Shown here piece after piece: positions 59,289-64,000 of a DNA stretch of 64,000 bases. A program made the position numbers and the translations under genes. Source of the stretch: Promethearchaeota archaeon (lineage in GTDB: Archaea > Asgardarchaeota > Lokiarchaeia > Sigyniarchaeales > SOKP01); the NCBI GenBank assembly GCA_029838195.1, contig JALGVJ010000005.1:1-64000 (forward strand). Direction: 5' to 3'. Below the pieces are notes generated by a model that saw only the letters and a program-made list of their open reading frames with translations, was not told the DNA's origin and searched no databases. Every line of letters begins with the position of its first letter. Positions within the stretch are counted from its first letter, which is position 1.

Positions 59289-61367
59289 TTGATGAAATCA
59301 TTTTTTGAAGTCTTAGAGAAAAAAATTGGATTTTCTCGAATTGGACGCATGAATTATTCGCAAGCGGCGAAAAAATACATTAGGACTCCAACACTCATTC
59401 TTCCAATTAATAAATTCTTGAATGATGATATTAATTTTGGCATGGAATTCGAATATAATGAAATATTCAAGATTAATGAAGAGGAATTTCTTCGAAGTGA
59501 TTTTTTACACCTAAAATTCAAGAGCAAACAATTTATTTACGTTCATTCCGGACTATTAGAAAAATTCAAGGACATTTTAGAAAAAAATCAGAATTATTTC
59601 ATGCAGGAAAATTTGATCCCCATTATTCCTTTCCGTATTCCTACTACTACTATTAATAAAGAGTTTACGAGAAAAGAGATTGAAGCATGGTTGTTAAAAG
59701 TTTCTAAATTGTTAGAAGAGCACGATCATCTTTCGTTTGGAATTTCCATTAGATTATTTGACCATCATGAGCATATTTCTTCTTTTATATCATTAATTCA
59801 AAAATACGAAAATGTAAAAATTCTCAATTTTTTGGATCTTTTTGATAATTTGAGGAATTACAGGCGAATCATTAATACCATCATGAAATGTAAAAAATCG
59901 CTTGACAGAAACTTCATTTTCATGGCTTCCGGAAGAATTCTACCAAAATATTATCCCGTTATCGTGTATCTAGGATTTGACCTGATTGATTGTTCCTATT
60001 CCATGTATTTATCTTCTGAAAATTTTTATGATTCTTTAGACCAATTATTACCAATTTATAAAATGAAATATTTACCTTGTTCTTGTGCGGCGTGTCGAAA
60101 TGAATTGCGTGTTCATTTAAATGAGAAATATTCTTCGAAAAAAGTTCGGCTTCTCTCACTTCATAATCTCTGTGTGGCAAGAAATCAAATGAATAAAATT
60201 AAACAATACATTCAATTTGAGGATTTTAGGGGTTATGTGGAGAAAAGCTCGTTGAATGAGTTGAATTTTCTTTCTCTATTAAAAATTTTCGATAAAAAAT
60301 ATTTTCAAACAACTCGATGGGACACACCATTATATCAAAAAGGAATTAAAATTAATTCTCTTGGCCCTATTTCTTATTATAGGCCTGATTTTCAAGAGTT
60401 TAGAAAACGAGTGATTGATCGATTTACTCCCGAGTCCCAAACTTCCTTAATTATTCTACTCCCGTGTTCTTCTAAAAAACCTTATTCATCTTCAAAATCT
60501 CATAAAAAATTTCATGATGCCTTGCGAAAATTTCCTGATTTTCCCAATTTTCAAGAAATCATTTTGACTTCTCCTTTAGGCGCAATACCTCGCCAATTAG
60601 AGGAGTTATATCCGGTAAATTCTTATGATATTTCTGTTACGGGTGATTGGGATGCTGAAGAGATAAAAATTTCTTCTGAAATGCTAATAAAATTATTGAA
60701 AAAATATGATGAGAAAATTCCCATCATATGTCATCTTCCGGGAGATTATTCAAAAATTATTGAAGCCGCACGATCAGAAATACAACAAAAAATTCATTTT
60801 ACTCAAATTCATGACAATGCTACCAGCAAGCACTCCATTCAATCCCTTTATGACAAGATTGAGGAGTATCACGACGATTTTAAAATTTCTAATGAAAAGA
60901 AAGGCTCCCATGCGGGTTCTAAATCAATAACGAGGAAAATAATAAAAATGATTGATTATCAATTCGGGAAAGGAGTGGGAGAAAAACTCATGAATCGTCC
61001 CTTTCGCTTTAAATTTAACAAAAAAAGAAATGTAACAGAAGTTTTAAACGAGATAACCGGAGATAAATTACTTTATTTTAAAAGAGACGAAGGAATTATT
61101 AATTTAACTTTAAAAGGGGCTGAAATCGTTTTACAAGATATGACCGACAGGAATATCATCGTCTTTGACGGAGACGACATCCAAGGGAATACTCTATTTA
61201 GAGCGGGAATCGTAGATTTTAGCTTTTATGTAAAACCAAATGAACAAGTCTTTATTTTAAATAGGAATAAAGATGATATTATCGCAGTTGGGAAAACATT
61301 AGTAGGAGGGGCTTTTATTAAAAATTCTAAAATGGGAAGAATCGTGAAAATACATGAGAAAAAATGA
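59289..61367 (+). CDS. arcS: Archaeosine synthase subunit alpha (TGT-like, with PUA)
   Basis: SRIG, YLGFDLID, C.C.AC...HN, LLPCS.KKPYS.SKSH, TSPLG.IPR.LE..YP...YD..VTG.W, DYQFG; adjacent to raSEA. Confidence 0.9.
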   Translation: MMKSFFEVLEKKIGFSRIGRMNYSQAAKKYIRTPTLILPINKFLNDDINFGMEFEYNEIFKINEEEFLRSDFLHLKFKSKQFIYVHSGLLEKFKDILEKNQNYFMQENLIPIIPFRIPTTTINKEFTRKEIEAWLLKVSKLLEEHDHLSFGISIRLFDHHEHISSFISLIQKYENVKILNFLDLFDNLRNYRRIINTIMKCKKSLDRNFIFMASGRILPKYYPVIVYLGFDLIDCSYSMYLSSENFYDSLDQLLPIYKMKYLPCSCAACRNELRVHLNEKYSSKKVRLLSLHNLCVARNQMNKIKQYIQFEDFRGYVEKSSLNELNFLSLLKIFDKKYFQTTRWDTPLYQKGIKINSLGPISYYRPDFQEFRKRVIDRFTPESQTSLIILLPCSSKKPYSSSKSHKKFHDALRKFPDFPNFQEIILTSPLGAIPRQLEELYPVNSYDISVTGDWDAEEIKISSEMLIKLLKKYDEKIPIICHLPGDYSKIIEAARSEIQQKIHFTQIHDNATSKHSIQSLYDKIEEYHDDFKISNEKKGSHAGSKSITRKIIKMIDYQFGKGVGEKLMNRPFRFKFNKKRNVTEVLNEITGDKLLYFKRDEGIINLTLKGAEIVLQDMTDRNIIVFDGDDIQGNTLFRAGIVDFSFYVKPNEQVFILNRNKDDIIAVGKTLVGGAFIKNSKMGRIVKIHEKK

Positions 61368-62442
61368 ATGTTTATCTTCAATAGAAGATACAATCAAGCA
61401 ATTGAGATTAAAATCTATCAAGATGTCGAAAAAGAGAAATGAAAATCTTCATTCGAAACCCGTAGCATTTTGGATAAAAGAAGAACGGTTAATGCATGGA
61501 AGAGGAAAAGAATTTACAATTATTTTGCGTACAAAAGGGTGTAAATGGGCTTTGGGAAATAAAGGGGGTTGCACGATGTGTGGCTATATTCAAGATGCTT
61601 GTATTTCTCCTATAGAACCACGATATATCATAGATCAATTTGAAGGGGCATTCAATCAAAAATTACACGAAATACGGAAGGATAAAGATGATTACGTATT
61701 AAAATTATTTAATTCGGGAAGTTTTTTTGACGACGAGGAGATTTCTGAAAAAATAAGAAGATTTATATACGAACGCGTGGCACGGGAACAAAAAATTAAA
61801 GAAGTTGTGATAGAATCAAGACCAGAGTTCATTACCCAAGAAAAATTACGAGAGATAAAAACATTCTTAAAAGAAAAACAAATCGAGATCGGGATAGGCT
61901 TAGAAACTGTTAATGATGAGATTAGAAATAGATATATTAATAAAGGATTTACATTCAATGAATTTCTTGAAAAAGTAAAATTGTGTAATGAATTCCGAAT
62001 AGGAGTTAAAGTATATTTATTATTTAAACCGCCCTTTTTAAATGAGCAAGCTGCAATCGATGATTGCGAGAATTCTTTGAAAACATTAAAAAAATTACCC
62101 ATATCTACCATTTCCATTAATCCCATGAATGTTCAAAGGGGCACACTAGTAGAATATTTATGGCTTCATAAACGATATCGTCCCCCATGGTTTTATTCTC
62201 TTATAGAATGCTTGAAAAATTCCTTAACTTCTTCAGATTTAGCACGGGTGAGGATCCTCTCAGATCCTTCTGGAGCGGGCACGAGACGAGGGATTCATAA
62301 CTGTTTAAAAAAAAGCTGCAATGACTACATGTTAGAACACCTTAAAAAATTCGTCTTATCCCAAGAATTGAAGTATTTAGACATTCACGATTTTAAATGT
62401 GATTGCAAAATAAAATTTAGGATCCAGAAACACTATTGGTAA
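61354..62442 (+). CDS. raSEA: Archaeosine biosynthesis radical SAM protein
   Basis: ILRT.GC.W.....GGCTMCGY, FNSGSF.D, ESRPE, GLET, INKG, KPPFL.E, YRPPW, RG.HNC; overlaps the arcS end. Confidence 0.92.
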   Translation: MRKNECLSSIEDTIKQLRLKSIKMSKKRNENLHSKPVAFWIKEERLMHGRGKEFTIILRTKGCKWALGNKGGCTMCGYIQDACISPIEPRYIIDQFEGAFNQKLHEIRKDKDDYVLKLFNSGSFFDDEEISEKIRRFIYERVAREQKIKEVVIESRPEFITQEKLREIKTFLKEKQIEIGIGLETVNDEIRNRYINKGFTFNEFLEKVKLCNEFRIGVKVYLLFKPPFLNEQAAIDDCENSLKTLKKLPISTISINPMNVQRGTLVEYLWLHKRYRPPWFYSLIECLKNSLTSSDLARVRILSDPSGAGTRRGIHNCLKKSCNDYMLEHLKKFVLSQELKYLDIHDFKCDCKIKFRIQKHYW

Positions 62443-62609
62443 TTTAACAATGTTAATTTTTAAAACAATGTTCAACCTTAATGTTCTTTTTTAATAAGAA
62501 CTTAATAAAAAAAGGTTTACTTTTTAAGACGAAAAACCATTATATTTAAATAGAATTGAATATGTTCAAATCTATATTTTATTTTTAGAAGGGATACAAT
62601 GGGGTACTA

Positions 62610-62867
62610 ATGCAAACATGGTTTAAAATATACGAAATTCTCTCATATGTGGGAAAATCTAAGAAAAATGAAATTTTCCGTGCGCGAAAGTGGAAAAAGG
62701 ATTTCGAAACAATTATGAAAAAACCGGTTTTTAATGAAGATTATGAAAAGATTGGATTTATTAATGACATTTTTGGTCCCATTACCTCTCCCTTCATCTC
62801 AATTCGAGTTACATCCTCCAATCATGAAATTAATTCAAACGTAAAATTATACGTTAAAATAAAATAA
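62610..62867 (+). CDS. gar1: H/ACA RNP protein Gar1
   Basis: V.....EKIG.I.DIFGP...P...I; conserved gar1-tfb order. Confidence 0.85.
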   Translation: MQTWFKIYEILSYVGKSKKNEIFRARKWKKDFETIMKKPVFNEDYEKIGFINDIFGPITSPFISIRVTSSNHEINSNVKLYVKIK

Positions 62868-62910
62868 TTTCCATTTTATAGCATAAATTACCTCCCAATT
62901 TAAAAAGAAG

Positions 62911-63882
62911 GTGAAAAGTATTTCTAGTTGGAAAGAAGTAAAATCAGTTAAAAAAGAAGGATTCCAAATAGAAACAAATTCAACCTGTTCCGAATGTGGG
63001 GAAAATATTTTTTATGATGATAATCGTGGATTAATCGTATGCGAAAATTGTGGATTAGTTCATTCAGAAAAAAATATAGATAATGGACCCGAATGGCGAG
63101 CATTTGATGCTGATCAAAAAAAAAAAAGAACCCGTACGGGTGCACCCATGAGTTACATGATCCATGATAAAGGATTAAGTACAATAATCGATTGGAAAAA
63201 TAAGGATATTTTTGGGAAAGAGATACCCGCACGTGCCCGTGGTCAAATATATAGGCTTCGCAAGTGGCAAAGTCGCATTCGGGTTTCTGATGCTATTGAA
63301 AGAAATTTGACTTTTGCTTTATTTGAACTGGATAGAATGGGGTCAAGTTTAGAACTCCAAAAAAATTTGCGCGAATGTGCTGCAAAAATATATCGAGATG
63401 CCGTTGATAAACATCTCATCCGTGGAAGGAGTATTGAGGGGGTCGCAGCAGCCAGCCTTTATGCTGCATGCCGTTTATATAAAGTTCCAAGAACATTAAA
63501 TGAAATTGCAGAAGTCGCACGAGTCGACAAAAAAGAAATTGGTCGGGCTTTCCGATTTATCTCAAAAGAACTGAATTTAAATTTAAATCCTACAAAACCA
63601 ATAGATTTTCTCAATAGATTTGTTTCTGAGCTTGGACTTTCCTCGAAATGCCAAAAAACTGCGAAAAAAATCTTAAAATTGGCAGAAATGAGTTCTTTAA
63701 CCTCAGGAAGAGGCCCCACAGGAGTTTGTGCTGCTGCAATTTATTGTAGCACGATCCTTTGTAATGAAAGACGAACCCAAAGAAGGATTGCCCAGATTTC
63801 TCAATGTACAGAGGTAACTGTAAGAAATAGATTTGCGGAATTGGTTGAAAATCTTAATTTAGGGATTCCCCTTAAAAAATAA
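62911..63882 (+). CDS. tfb: Transcription initiation factor IIB
   Basis: Zn ribbon CSECG...CENCG, ID.GPEWRAF, two cyclin repeats (RGRSIEG, SGRGP). Confidence 0.97.
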   Translation: MKSISSWKEVKSVKKEGFQIETNSTCSECGENIFYDDNRGLIVCENCGLVHSEKNIDNGPEWRAFDADQKKKRTRTGAPMSYMIHDKGLSTIIDWKNKDIFGKEIPARARGQIYRLRKWQSRIRVSDAIERNLTFALFELDRMGSSLELQKNLRECAAKIYRDAVDKHLIRGRSIEGVAAASLYAACRLYKVPRTLNEIAEVARVDKKEIGRAFRFISKELNLNLNPTKPIDFLNRFVSELGLSSKCQKTAKKILKLAEMSSLTSGRGPTGVCAAAIYCSTILCNERRTQRRIAQISQCTEVTVRNRFAELVENLNLGIPLKK

Positions 63883-64000
63883 CCCGCATTAGAGAATCAA
63901 TATTTAATTTACCTTATTTTTTTTTATTCTCATTCTTAAGATTTGCGCAAAATTAGAAAAACATGGATTTTTATCATGAATTTAGTCATAATATTTAACC

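Noticed and set aside
1-64000. CRISPR arrays, IS elements/integrases, rRNA, selenoprotein UGA read-through
   Set aside because: No regularly spaced repeats, transposase/integrase motifs, rRNA-like sequence, or in-frame TGA at a catalytic Cys position was seen

Overview
Low-GC archaeal chromosomal window, most consistent with an Asgard (Lokiarchaeia-type) genome. This is inferred from two Roadblock-like proteins, a Rab-like small GTPase, a TPR protein and archaeal informational genes. It is mostly housekeeping: alaS, tgtA/arcS/raSEA, trm5, dtdA, nep1-rnp4-yhbY, the rps19e...ftsY-secE cluster, dnaG, ahcY, gar1-tfb and ftsZ. It also carries a Thermotoga-type inositol catabolic cluster (iolN/O/M/G plus an MFS transporter) and four minus-strand tRNA genes holding six bulge-helix-bulge (BHB) introns, three of them at non-canonical positions. 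Two signals not visible in the ORF track stand out. (1) dnaG is interrupted by a 37-nt insertion (54987-55023) that folds into a BHB-type motif; cutting at the predicted sites restores the conserved GAIFGQ|TEGLL in frame, making it a candidate tRNA-type intron in an mRNA. (2) A 16-codon Trp-rich leader peptide (MSTLLINSWRWQWQWR, 2967-3017) with overlapping alternative hairpins lies upstream of trpB2, a candidate ribosome-mediated attenuator in an archaeon. Several genes also appear to start at ATT. All calls are from manual reading; no database searches were run.
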